From NCBI RefSeq assembly GCF_020745735.1, contig NC_083422.1, forward strand, positions 47,368,001-47,432,000: a DNA stretch of 64,000 nt. Direction: 5' to 3'. Both the position numbers and the translations under genes were made by a program. Shown here piece by piece: positions 11,489-24,200 of the stretch. Origin of the DNA: Hemiscyllium ocellatum (lineage: Eukaryota). Positions within the stretch are counted from its first letter, which is position 1; each line of letters opens with the position of its first letter. The notes beneath the pieces are model-generated. The model was not told the origin of the DNA, did not search any database, and worked only from the letters and a program-made list of their open reading frames with translations.

Positions 11489-14400
11489 GTAAGTACAATT
11501 AAAGAGAGGACAGTTTTATTCACTTGTGGAACTTGTTAGTCACTGGCTGGTCTGCATTTATTAGATTAGATTACAGTGTGGAAACAAGCCCAATCTGACC
11601 CTCTGAAGAACAACCCACCCAGTCCCATTTCCCTCTGATTAATGCACCTAACACCATGGGCAGTTTAGCAATGGCCAGTTCACCTGACCTGCACATCTTT
11701 GAAGTCTGGGTGGAAACCGGAGCACCTGGAGAAAATTTACGCATATACAGGGAGAATGTGCAAACTCCACCTAGTCACCTGAGGCTGGAATCGAACCTGG
11801 GACCCTGGTGCTGGGAACCCCCCTGCTGCTCCTTTGTTGCCTGTCCCTAGTTGCCTTGGAGAAGGTGGTGGTGAGCTGCCTGCTTGAACTGCTATAGTCC
11901 TTGGGCTGCAGGTAAACTCTCAATGACATTAGGGAGGGAATTCCAGGATTTTGGGCCAATGACAGTGAAGGAATGGCAAAATATTTCCAAGTCAGGATGG
12001 TGCCACCAGAGGGGAACTTGCAAGTGTGGTATTTCCATCTATTTGCTTGTCCTTTGAGATGAAGTGGTTATTAGTTTGGAAGGTTCTGTCTAAGGATCTA
12101 TGGATTACTGCAATACATCTTGTAGATAGCGCACACTGCTGTTGCTGGTGGAAAAGAGGATGTGGTGCTGATCACACTCCTGACTTCTACCTTGTAGATG
12201 TGGACAGGCTTTGGGGAGTCAAGGGTGAATTATTTGTTGCAATATTCTTAGTTCTAACCTGGTCTTGTAGGCACTATATGGCATATCCGATTGAGTTTCT
12301 GCTCCATGGTAATCCCAAGAATGATGTTAGTGGGGGAATACAGTTATCATAACATCACAATGTCAAGTTGGGGGTAGTTTGATCATCCCCTATTGGAAAT
12401 GATTACTGCCTGGCATTTGTGTGGTGTGCATTTACTTGCCTTTTATCAGCTCGAGCCTGGATGTTGTCCAGATCTTGTTTCATTTGAACACTGACTGCTT
12501 CTGTATCTGAGGAGTTGCAAATGGTGCTAAACATTGGCAATTATCAGTGGACTTGCCTACTTCTGACATATGATTGAGGATGTCATTGATGAAGCAGATG
12601 AAGATGGTTGGGCCTAGAACACTACCCGCTAAAACCCCCACGGAGATGTCCCGGAGTTGAGATGACTGACTTCCAACGAATGCAAACATCTTCCTCTGGG
12701 CCAGTTATGACTCCAATCAGCAGGGTTGTTGCCTGATACCCATTGGTTCCAGTAGTACCACACTTGGTTGAATGCAGCCTTGATGTCAAGGGCTGCTGCT
12801 CTCTCCTTACCTCTGGACTTCAGTAGTTTTGAACCAAGGCTGTAATGAGGTCAGGAGCTGAGTGACCCTGAGCAGGTTATTGCTGAGCAGGTACTGCTGA
12901 AAAGCACTGTTGATTATACCTTCCATCACTTTTTAATGATGATCGAGAGTAGACTGTGGCAGGAATTGTTTGGATTTGATTTGTACCACTTTTGTGTACA
13001 GGACATGCTTGGGTAATTGTTATGTTTTCAGTACTATTGCTGGAATGTTATCGGGGCCCATAGCCTTTGCAGTATCCAGCGTCTCTACCTGTTTTTTTTT
13101 CCATATGAAATGGAGTGAATCAAATTAGCCGAAGACTGGTATGTGTAATGCTGGGGAGTACTGGAGGTGACTGAGATGGATCATCTCCTGAGCACTTCTG
13201 ACTGAAGATTGCAGTGAATGTTTTAGCCTTTCCTCACTGATGTATTGGGCTTCCCCATCAATTGAGGAGGGATATTAGTGGCCTCTTTGTTCTGTGAGTT
13301 GTTGTTGTTGTTCTCTTGTCCATCACCGTTTACAATTAGACTTAGCTTAGATCTGATCTGTTTGTTAGCTTTGTTGCTTGCTGCTTACATTGTTTGACAT
13401 GCAAGTTGTCCTATTTTGTAGCCTTACTAGGTGAAAACCTTTGAATGTCTGGTACTGCTTGAGGCATGCCCTCCTGCACACTCTATTGAACCAGGGTTGA
13501 TCCTTTGCTTTATTAGTAATTGTGTGGGGGGTATGCCACGTCATGAGGCTGCAGGCTCTGCTGCAGTACAATTCTGCTGTTTATGGTCGACAGTACTTCC
13601 TGGATGCCTAGTCAAGTTGCTAGATCTATTTCAAGTCTGTCCAATGTAGCACAGTGATAGTACACCACCACAATTTAGAAAGTGTTCTGAACATGAAGGC
13701 AGGACTTTATCTCCACGGTCTGTGAAGTGCTTCTGTAGCTGACAAATTAGCACGGATAAGGTGAAGTATGTTTTTTCCCCTCTGGTTCATTCTCTCACCC
13801 CCATCGCAGACCCAGTCTAGCAGTTATGTTCTTTAGCACCTGACCAGCTCAATCTGCAGTGCAGCTGCCGAGACATTCTTGGCAGTGGACTTTGAAATCC
13901 CCCACCTAGAGTACATTTTGTGCCCTTGCCACCCTCAGTGCTACCTCCAATTGTTATTCAACATGGAGGAGTACTGATTCAAAGCAAATCGAGAACAGTA
14001 TGTGATAATCAATCAGCAGGTTTGCTTGCCCTTTAGGCCCAAAACTTCATGAGGTCTGGAGACAATGTTGAGGACTCCTTCCTGACTTTATACTACTGTA
14101 ATGCTGTGAACAGGATATATCCAGGGTAGCTGTGGTGATGTCTGGGACATCATCTTTAAGGTATGATTCTGTGAATGTGACTAGTAGGCTACTGCTTGAC
14201 TAGTCTGAGACAACTCTCAATTTTGGCAGTAGCCCACAGATGTTAGTAAGGAGGATTTTACAGGATCGACAAGACTATTTTTACTGCCAGGTGTCTGGTT
14301 TGATTTCTTGGTCAAGACTTCATAGTGATTTGATACAACTGAGTGACTTGCTAGACTGCTTTGGAGGGGAGTTGAAAGTGAACCACATTGCAATCCTCAC

Positions 14401-16478
14401 CTGGTCTGGCCATAGCAGATTTCCTTCCCTAAAGGACATTAGTGAGCCAAATGGCTTTTTCCAACAATCAACTATGATTTCATTGTCATTAGCTTCTTAA
14501 TTCCAGATTGTTTTATTGAATTCAGATTCTACCATCTGCCATGGCTGGATTTGATCATCAGTGAAGTTTCTGGATTAAGGGCTGATGAAGGGCTTTTGCC
14601 TGAAACATCGATTTTCCTGCTCTTGGATGCTGCCTGACGTGCTATGCTTTTCCAGAACCACTAATCTTGTTTCTTGATTAATAATCTAGTGATTAATACC
14701 AGTAGGCATCACCTCCCCATTAAGGAAAACTGAGGAGCTCTCCTGAAGAAATCTATGATAACGTTGACTTCTGTAAGCCAAGGATGTGATCTGAAAGCAA
14801 AACATGTTGAAGAAATACAATAGGGTCAGCCATGATTTAATTAAATGGTCTTCTCCTGTCTATTAAGTGTGGGTGGAAATGCTTGCTTCTGTGTTCAGCT
14901 TTATCCTATTCTTTGTGATACCTGGAAATAGTTCACAGCCAAATAATGACTTTTGAAATGTTGTCACTGTTGGATTAAATATCCAGTAGAAAGTGCTCCT
15001 TTGCTGACTCCCTCCTACGGGAATTTACATTTCTTCTTGTTTGGTGTGAATTGTCTGGACATTGAGGTTTGGATAAGGCTGATCTGAGCACTGTTATCTC
15101 CGTAATGGAACGGACAATCAGATCATCCAGAAATGAATCGGCAACCTGAAATTTCTGGAAATTACTACTGGGAGCAGTGATCTGAATGCAATAGGTGACC
15201 CCAGAGTCTGGGTAATGAAACCACTGGATATACCTGGATTACAGTCTCTCGCTATTTGATAAATGCAGTTCAAGAAGGACGCAGTCTGCCCAATGATGGT
15301 GATGTCCCTCGGTCCATTGATAATTATCCTGTCATTCATACTGTAGGCAGTACTCTTATTGGCCTTACTGTAATGGTGGATCACTGTAAACTGTGTCCTC
15401 CCAACACTAGTTCCACTCTATTGTCTGTGAAAACTTTTTTTGAGAATGTGATCAATAGGTTGATTATTGGAATGTAAAACTCCTTGTAGCAATTTGTGCA
15501 CAGTGAGATTCAGTAAAATGCAATAGATACATTGCACAAGAGGCTGTTTAGTGATTGGGAAAGAAGATGGGCAGATAGATGATCATGTGGGGGATATGGA
15601 AATTTTCACTTTCAGGAAGGAAAGACAAGCAGAATGTGTTTTTAAAAAGTGAGTAATTACTAAAGTCTCTTTTTATAAGTGAATCACAAACTTAAGATGG
15701 ATTTACAGCCAGCAATTAGAGAGGTTACTAGTAAAAGGGGTGTTGGATTATTAAGTGCAAAGATGTCTTGTTACAGTTAAACTGAGACCATCTTGTGAAT
15801 ACTGTGCACAATTTTGATGTAAGGATGTGGTAAACTTGAGACTGACTGATTGCGATGAAAGTTTACTGATTTCATAAGGTTGTTCTGAGGAGTGATTGAA
15901 TCAAATTGATATCCACCATCTGGACTTTAAAAGAATAAGTGGTGATCTCATTCAACACACCTGTCAGATAAAGGGATCTGCCATCAGAGATGAAAGGCAA
16001 TTCCTTAATCAGAGAATTGTATGTTTTTTTTAGAATTCGGTGCTTTGGATTGCTTCAGTACTGAGTGTGTTCAGGATCAAGATCACTTAGCGTTTTCCAT
16101 ACTGAGGTGAGGTAGCAGATCAGCCACAATCTTACTGAATGCAGTATCAGGTTTAAAGAACTGAGGCTGCCTCTTGCTGTTTTTTTTTTAAACCGCCTCC
16201 CAGTATCTATTCTAAGAATTTTATTTTTCAAAATGAGAGAACATTATTGTTGTAAATTGTGGTGAATACAAGTCCATTTCATTATGTTCTCCCTTTGATT
16301 ATGATCCCTATGTCTCTGACTAGTATGAACTTTCCTTTTTAAAGTAGGTTCATTGTTAACACATGGTCTCTGTTCACAGTATGTGATAGCAACATACACT
16401 GGGATCGCAGCAATTTGTTTATTCTTCAAATTAAGATCAAAAAAGAAGACGCCACCAGCGATCACGGAACAAAAATGA
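11402..16478 (+). CDS. ATP5MK: ATP synthase membrane subunit k (DAPIT/USMG5), exons 11402-11488 + 16380-16478, 61 aa
   Basis: MAGHDAGSQHQFTGFQKYFNSYTITGRRN|YVIATYTGIAAICLFFKLRSKKK...; GT-AG sites; probable 3'UTR exon from 16874 with AATAAA 16988-16993. Missed by the ORF track. Confidence 0.95.
11562..11815 (-). mobile_element. tRNA-derived V-SINE (HE1-like), partial
   Basis: ggagaatgtgcaaactccac V-domain, (TTAGA)n tail. Confidence 0.8.
11830..14560 (-). mobile_element. Old CR1/L2-group LINE, decayed
   Basis: GVLAGSVLGPTIFICFINDI RT motif at 12480-12689; related copy at 34310-36040. Confidence 0.65.
14582..14668 (+). mobile_element. pLTR fragment with hammerhead core (family A, stem I lost)
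   Basis: CTGATGA-A-GGGC-tttt-GCCT-GAAA-CATC. Confidence 0.7.
16380..16478 (+). CDS. ATP5MK: ATP5MK coding exon 2
   Basis: acag| acceptor, TM helix plus basic tail, TGA 16476-16478. Confidence 0.95.
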   Translation, partial: YVIATYTGIAAICLFFKLRSKKKTPPAITEQK

Positions 16479-18067
16479 TGTGGTGAGGAATTTTTTTTTT
16501 TAACTGTCCCTGCCTCTGTGCATTTGATGGGGAGTATGGAGGAAGCTTTACTTTGTATCTAACCCTGTGCTGTACCTGTCCTAAAAGGGTTTGATGGGGG
16601 ACATTATTGAAGGAGCTTCACGTTTAGTTTAAAAGTGTAGTATGCTTTATTCTGCATCTAACAATGTTTGTTACAAACTGTATGGGGAAGTTTATTTTCA
16701 GTCTGGAAAAACAAGCACTTTTTACTGACTAATTCCTACAGAAAACTGTCAACTATTACTTCAGAGTACTAGTATGAACACTGGGATACGTTTAGTCCAG
16801 TGTTATTGACTTAATTGGAATTAGAATTAATTATAAAAATATCAATATAAAATTATATTTGATTCATTTTCAGATTCTCCATAAGACAGTGCTACTGGAG
16901 TTTAAGGACCATTGTGTGGAATCTGAGAGAATGCTTGAAACGCCTACAATCGTGTCATAGTGATGTTATAAGTTATCAGCCTTCACAAATAAAACTTGTG
17001 GGACTCCACAGTTGCAGTGTTTACTTTTAAGTGAAATGGTTTTGTGTGGTACTAGAATCTTGGAGCAATTGGATGGCTGACTAGTCTCATTCCATGCTCA
17101 ACCACATTTTGTTTGTTCTTGTCAGTAACTCTATTTTTTAAAAAACACAAACTTATAGGTATGTTACACTCCACACCTTTTTTCATTTTCAGCTTAACTT
17201 TTGTTTTTGTTAAATAAAGTTTGGTTTCATTAGTTGCCACTGTAACAAAAAGCAACTCCCAGTGCAGGCCACTTATTCTTCCTTGAAGCTCTATAGAAAA
17301 GTGAGTATTGGCTAATACAAATAGTATTCAGCTATTCGCCATAATGAAATATAGCTTTGCTGTTTCAGGGATGCAAAGGTAATAATGTTCAAGGTCAATA
17401 CTTCAAATTGATGCAAATAGCCAGTGACTGAAATTCAACTTTGCATCAGTGTTTAATAGAAAGCTAGGCTGGGATTTTATTAAATCATGTTAAAGCAATA
17501 TATGGCCAGGTGCTTAAGGAGCTCAAGGTTGATCGATGCAGAATTTAGGATGAGCTTGGAGACCGAGATGAAGACATGGACCAGTGCAACTGTACCTATG
17601 TAAACCTACAGCAGTCTGGGCTGATTCAGAAATACTGGTTTACCTGGTGTTGTATTCCAGCACAATGCTCTTCTAGCATTTGACTGGTTAGCTTTCTGCA
17701 GAACATCAGAATCTTACAGTAGATATCAGCAACTAGCAGAGTGGGCTATATTTAAACATAGCCTGAGCTGGAGACCCTACAATATAGGAAGGAGAGCCTT
17801 TCTCTTCCCCCTTCTGCAGATAAGCAATAATAGATTTCAGTATTTTATTGTAAACTTCATTCAGACTTTTAAAAAAAAACACCGTTCAATGTAATGCAAA
17901 ACATCCCTGCACGACAATATGTCGTAAATGACGATGGGGTGTCAAGATTTTGGGTGGGAAGGGAACACAAAATGAGAATTTCACAGATACTGTGAAAATA
18001 TCTACATCCTCTATCCAATTTAGGAACGAGGATGGGAAAAGTTGAACTAGAGGTGGGGTTTTGCCAA

Positions 18068-18285
18068 TCACTGTGGGTTATATGCCCCTGCAGCCAGTAG
18101 TAAGTTACGGCGAGTAAAGTGCAGGCCAATGACTGGGGTGGATTTGGTCATGTAGGAGCCAAGTAACAGCTCCTGCGAGTTGTCAGGCAAGTTAATATGC
18201 CCAGTGGCAGTGCTGAAATCATCTGTCTCCAGGTCCTCAAATGCTTTGACAGTGTCCCACATTTTCACTGTATTATCCATAGAAC
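18068..18285 (-). CDS. TAF5: TAF5 exon 10
   Basis: [10 protein letters not shown]...[14 protein letters not shown], 218 nt. Confidence 0.95.
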
Positions 18286-21200
18286 CTGAAACAACAATTC
18301 AGAAGATTCACATCAGCACAGTGGCAAAGTCATTTGGCAATGCAGAAGTGGAGTATTATTAAAAATATATACTCTACCAAAACTACTTCATGCACTCAGG
18401 ACAATTCTCACAAAATATGCACATAAAAGGAAAATGTTACTGAATAAAAGAACACTGCTCTTGATTGACAAATGGAATATGGAGTATTGCCATAGAGATC
18501 ACAGCAGTGTGATGACGGCTGCCAGTTAATTGCTGAATTTAATTTTTAACCTGAAGAATGGTCAAGGCACTGCCCTGAGAAATGAACCTGTAAGTATGTA
18601 CATGTTGAGTTAAAGCAAACATAACAAGTGCACATGTTCTCTCTTCAAAGGACAGGGTCCTGTGTATTAATGTTTTGACTGTCAGGGTAATTCCTCACAC
18701 TCAGGGTTACATAGCAAACATTGTCCAATAGGCAAATTATATCTAATTGCAAACTGACCTGATGACTGGAAGATGTTAAACTTCAACTGACTCCTCACCA
18801 TCCCACAGTAATGCAGTGGGAAATGTTTAACAGAGATAGTTTACAGCTGGGATCTTCCTACACTCCTTGCACCACCTGTGTTAATTCACCAGAAGTACAG
18901 TAGAACCTGTCACCAATGGAGGAGTAACAACTTCCAAGGGATTTCCCAACTGACATTGTTAGTGACTCCCATGCCCCATAATAGGGAGAGTTGAGCATAT
19001 TCAGAATTGATTCCTACATTTGTTACACAGGAAATAAAACTGACTCAGGACCCATCAATTGACACTGGGGAGACAGGGTCAAGATGTTCAACTGATATAA
19101 AGAAACAAAATCAACAACCCTGGCAGGATAATGAATTGGGTAGCTAACAATAAGGCAGAGGACTGATATACTGGTTGTATGACTATATTAATAAGGCAGG
19201 GAATTGGAACGCAAGTCTTGCTGGACAAGTTTGGGATTAAAAGTTTGATTTTGAAAATCCCTGAAAAGCTATTCTCTGTTATGAAGGTGTTGAATTATTA
19301 TAATAACCAACTGGGTCACATGTCCTTTTGGAAGGATAGCTGTCATCCTTACCTTGTCTGAGCCTACAGGTGATTCTAAGTACCTATGAACAGGTCACAC
19401 TGCTTGCATGAAGCCACCAATAATGGTTGAAGGAGGATTGTCACTGTCTTCTAAGGTGGTTTGGAGACAGCAGTCAACAATGCTGGCTATACCAGCAATG
19501 AGAATGAAGGATTTTTAAACTCTGCTTTTGACCCATTCTCCAAAGACAAATTTTCACCTGAGGCTAGAATCTCCCCATCGCGGCTGAACTTCAGTGCGTA
19601 GATGGTGTCGGTGTGACCTTTTAACTCGCCTACAAGTAACCCGTGCCCGATATCCCACAGTAGAATCCGGCCATCTGTAGCTCCAGAGGCCAAATATCTA
19701 CCATTTGGAGAGAACACCAATGAGTGGATCGGTCCCTGGGAGGAAGACAGAAAAGGAACATTAACAAGAGTGTCTGTTTCAGCAGGCACATGGGACAGTG
19801 TTTGCACACTCAACAACAGCTTCCATGTCAGCATTTCATACCTTGTGTCCAGTGAGGATTCGAACACAGTTGCCATTTAGAACGTCCCACAGTCGGATGG
19901 TCCTGTCTGCAGATCCTGTCACTACATAATTTGAATTGGGATGAAATCTTGTGCAGGTGACATCAGAGAGGTGACCAGAGAATATTCGCAGCGGTTGATA
20001 ATGGTCAGTCACCCAAAGCCTGAGGAACAAAACGTTTTAACTATTATCTAATACAGCTCCATCTTATTAACACCCACGTCCGATGTCATTCACATTGTGT
20101 CCCCCTAGAGCCAGGAATACAATGCTGCTATATTAAAATACATTTATGCAAAGGTCAGTCCTGACTGTCAGAAGTGAATGCAGATGCCTCGGAAGGGCTC
20201 AAACACGCATGACTAGACAGACACTCAGCTAATGAAGAAAGACTCAAGCAACTGAATTGCTTTTTCGCGGGGGAAAGATTGAAGGACCACATGGTTTGTA
20301 AATTCTGGAAGATGTGAAGTGAAAATAAATAAACAGTTGAACCAAAGTAAGGAATTAATGATTGGCGAATACGTGCAAAACAGTCAGAATCCTGCAGCAA
20401 GGTTACTGGGTGCTGGATATAGATCAAGCCTCCCAAGAAGGGAGTTGATGCAGGGTTAATTGGCTACCATCTTTAAAACAAGCTGGATTGACATCTGCTG
20501 ATGTTCAACAGTTTGGGTAGGTCTGAGGTGAAGTAGTCAGGCACTGAATTTGGGCAGATGGATTGAATAACTGTCTCATGCCAGACTTTGATCTTGTCCC
20601 ACATGGTAGTAGACTATTAATTTATTGGACTTCATTCAAAGAACACTATAAATTACATATACAGTTAAAAAGCTTGTTTGAAACACTGATTCCCTTCACA
20701 TCATGTCCACATCAGTAACAATGGGATATTCCTTCAAAAGTAAGTGTCGACTTAATATCGCAATCCTACACGCATTTGCACACTCGTCATGCCACGCAAT
20801 CATGACCTTGTACACGCATCATGCCACTTGATTGGAATCCTGCACTCACCACATTACTTAATTGTGACCCGATGCTCACACACTCACCATGTCACTCAGT
20901 CGTGACTGTGACATTACACTAACTGTGCTATTCAATTGTGGCTATTCCAGGGACAACCGTTTTCTTTTCTCTTATAAACCAAAAAAAATGGATGTTTGAT
21001 GGTTAAAAGTACCAGGAAAGTTTCTGTAACTTAAAGACCAAGTGGAATTGATTGGTGTATGATTCAGTTGCTCAAGATTATTACTTTTAGTAGTGAGGAG
21101 GATACTTTACAAAGCACAGTGGCACCAGGAATCCTCAAATTAAGGAGAAGCTTCCTAAAAACTGCCTTAATATTTCTTCAGCAATCATTTGTTAGAGACC

Positions 21201-24200
21201 TGTCAGGATGTTCAGAGACATCCAGAAGCCTGCAAACAGAGAACATAGTTCTCTCCCTCTCTAATGAAAGGGAGATGTCAAGTCTCTGAAAAGAAAGAGT
21301 TCCAATGCAAAAGATCTAATCCACCCAATCAGCAATTGAATTGAAGATAATCACGCTGCAGACAACGTCATGTCACCATCTCACAAAAAGAAAACTTGCC
21401 CCACCCTTGTGGTGTGGGCTCAAAATGCAAAATTTGTTTTTCCCCCCTATTTTTCCATCATTAGTATTTTTGCCAAACGTCCATTTCAGTCTGTCTTATT
21501 TGTGAATAACTGTCTGTGTTTGACATTTTAATAGTTCAGCTCAAGTTGTAAAATAGCAATGAGTAATCCATTTTTGTATGTTATTTATTAAATAGTATGT
21601 TTATAATAAATAGGGTTATTGTCCTGTTACTAATGAAATGTGATGCAGTCTGGCAGACAAATTCGTTACGCTCTTAGTTTACTTTGGTGGTTACACATCT
21701 GTGTCAGATCGTGAGAGAATGAAGCTTGATTATTGGTGCAATTGAGTCATGACAGTCCACACTGGCACTCAATCGTGACTCCACGATCATACTCACCGTG
21801 CCACCCGATCATGGCCCCCTGAAATGAAGTAGTAGCCATACGGAGAAAACTGCGTATCCCACACTGGATAGTTATGTCCTTTGTAGCCCACGAGACAGGT
21901 GAAGGTTTGCAGACTCCAGAGTCTGACTGTGCCATCCTCCGAACTGGACAGCAGATAGTTCCTGGACAACAGAGTGCGCAGAAAAATAATGGATTGAGAG
22001 CTTTCCCCCTCTAAAGCAACTATCAGTCAAGAGGAAAGATCCTCTAAATTACTCTCACACTAGACAATGAACTCTGTAATGGACACACCTTCACCATCTT
22101 GTAAATAGAATTGCTAAAAGAGCACTTACTGTCACCATGTAGGGTACAGCACCCTCCAGCAAAATAGAAATAGAAAGAACTGCGGACGTTGTAAATCAGA
22201 AACAAAAATAGAACTTGCTCAGAACACAGGAAGGGTCACTTGACCTGAAATGTTAACTCTGATTTCTCTCCACCAGACCTGCTGAGTTTTTCCAGCAGTT
22301 TCTACTTTTGTCTCGAGCAAAATAGACTGGTTAGAGAAGAGGGATAGGCATTAATGTGCCCAGCCAGCCCAGGATTACAGATACTCAGCTGCATCAAACA
22401 GTACCAGTTCCTGACAGTACAGCTGCCTGAATGGACATATGCATACTGCCCTTCACAGTCCATCCGACAGATCCCAAGGCACTGTATTGAAAACGTTCTC
22501 CTCTGTGGCACATCAAATGAAATCATAGAAAAGTGACAGCACCAAACAGGCCACATGGCCCAGTTGAAAACTAAACCACCCAGTGGGATCCCACTTTCCA
22601 GCATTTGGCTCATATCCCTGCAGGTTACACATTAGAGGTAAATATCCAGATGCTTCTTAAATGAGCCAAGGGTTTCTGTCTCTACTGCTCTTTATGGCAG
22701 TGAGTTCCAAACTTTTACTATATAAAAGGTTACCTAGGCATGAATTTCATTGTTATTTACAGGAGTTGTGTATGTAAAATTGGCTGCCATGCTTCCAATA
22801 TTACAAGTCATTACAATTAATAAGCACTACATTGACTGTGGAGCACATGAACATCCCCACATCACAAAAGGCTTTAAAGAAACAGAGGTGTTTTTTTTCT
22901 GACTAGTGTCAGCCCTGGGGTCTGTTAATTTACAGTTCTAAAAGAAGCCGTTCCTTACCTGTCAGGACTGAAACTTGTCCCATAAACTGGGCCCCCATGT
23001 CCCAGTAGCATTTTAAACTCACAGGCAGTCTTCTCGTCCATTATTCGCTCCAGCACATCATCGGACTCTTTGTCAATTAAACTGAGATCTAGTGGGGGAA
23101 AAGACAAAGCAGTTATCGAGCCTGCTGCCTCTGGATTTACTGTGCCGAAAAGCCAACACATCTTCTGTATCTCAGCCATTCTTTGGACAAGACCAGAATC
23201 TTTCTGCAGATTTATACATAAGAACCAAAATCAATCACAGCATGTCATGAGCAATCAAGATTCCCAATGACCACCCTCGGCTGCAATGTTAAACTGGTCA
23301 CGTGTGCTGAGACCGATGAGGCTGTGAAGCACAAACACTGCAGTTCACAATGTTCAGGGATTAAGACCCAAGAGGCAGTTTGTATGATACACTGCGGCTT
23401 CCTCAAATTTGTTCAAGATGCACATTTGCAGGAATGGAAGGGGAAGTGCAGGATGGCAGGAGAAGGACCTACAACTGCAATCACGAGCATCGAGCTTTTG
23501 ATTTCAGTGCTGACACTGAGGCTACTGGCATTTCATCAGCAGCACTATAGCCAGTACCAACATTAAAACACTTCAGCCCATTAATTGGGCCATAAGCCCT
23601 TTCACTTGTTGCACTCCACTAGCTTCTTTTGCTGCTCATGGAGCAGTGCTGAATTCTAGGTTAGTTGATTATTGTAATGACAACTTATTTCATGTGCAGT
23701 TCAGATGACAAGGGTTGCACTGTCTTAAAGGTCAAGGTAATCTATTCCAAATGAGGTCACCCATTGGGTAACTGGACATATACCCAAAGGAAACTAACTT
23801 GCAAGGTTACTGGGAAACAGAGAGTGTGAAACTAAACTGAAAAGCTCTACAAGAGTGGCCATAGTGCCGAAGGGCCGAACAGCCTCTTTTCATTCTGCAA
23901 GATTCTATTCCAAACAGCCTGAAAGTGAAAGCACTGAGGCTGACAGGGCAAGAGGGCTGTAAAGTTCTATAGGAGACTGGTTTAACAAAATGTCTGATTC
24001 CCTACATTCCCTTTGCTGTCTACACCCAACACTGTAAACTTTATTTGCCTGGGGTCACTGGGGTAGAGCCCTAATGAGAAGGCTGCTGGCTGATTTTACC
24101 TGTAGCCCCTTTGACACTGCGTAACTTCTTGGGCGTGACACTCCATACTCTGACAGTGGAATCAGCAAAACCTCCTGCTATCAGACTAGAATCATCTGTG

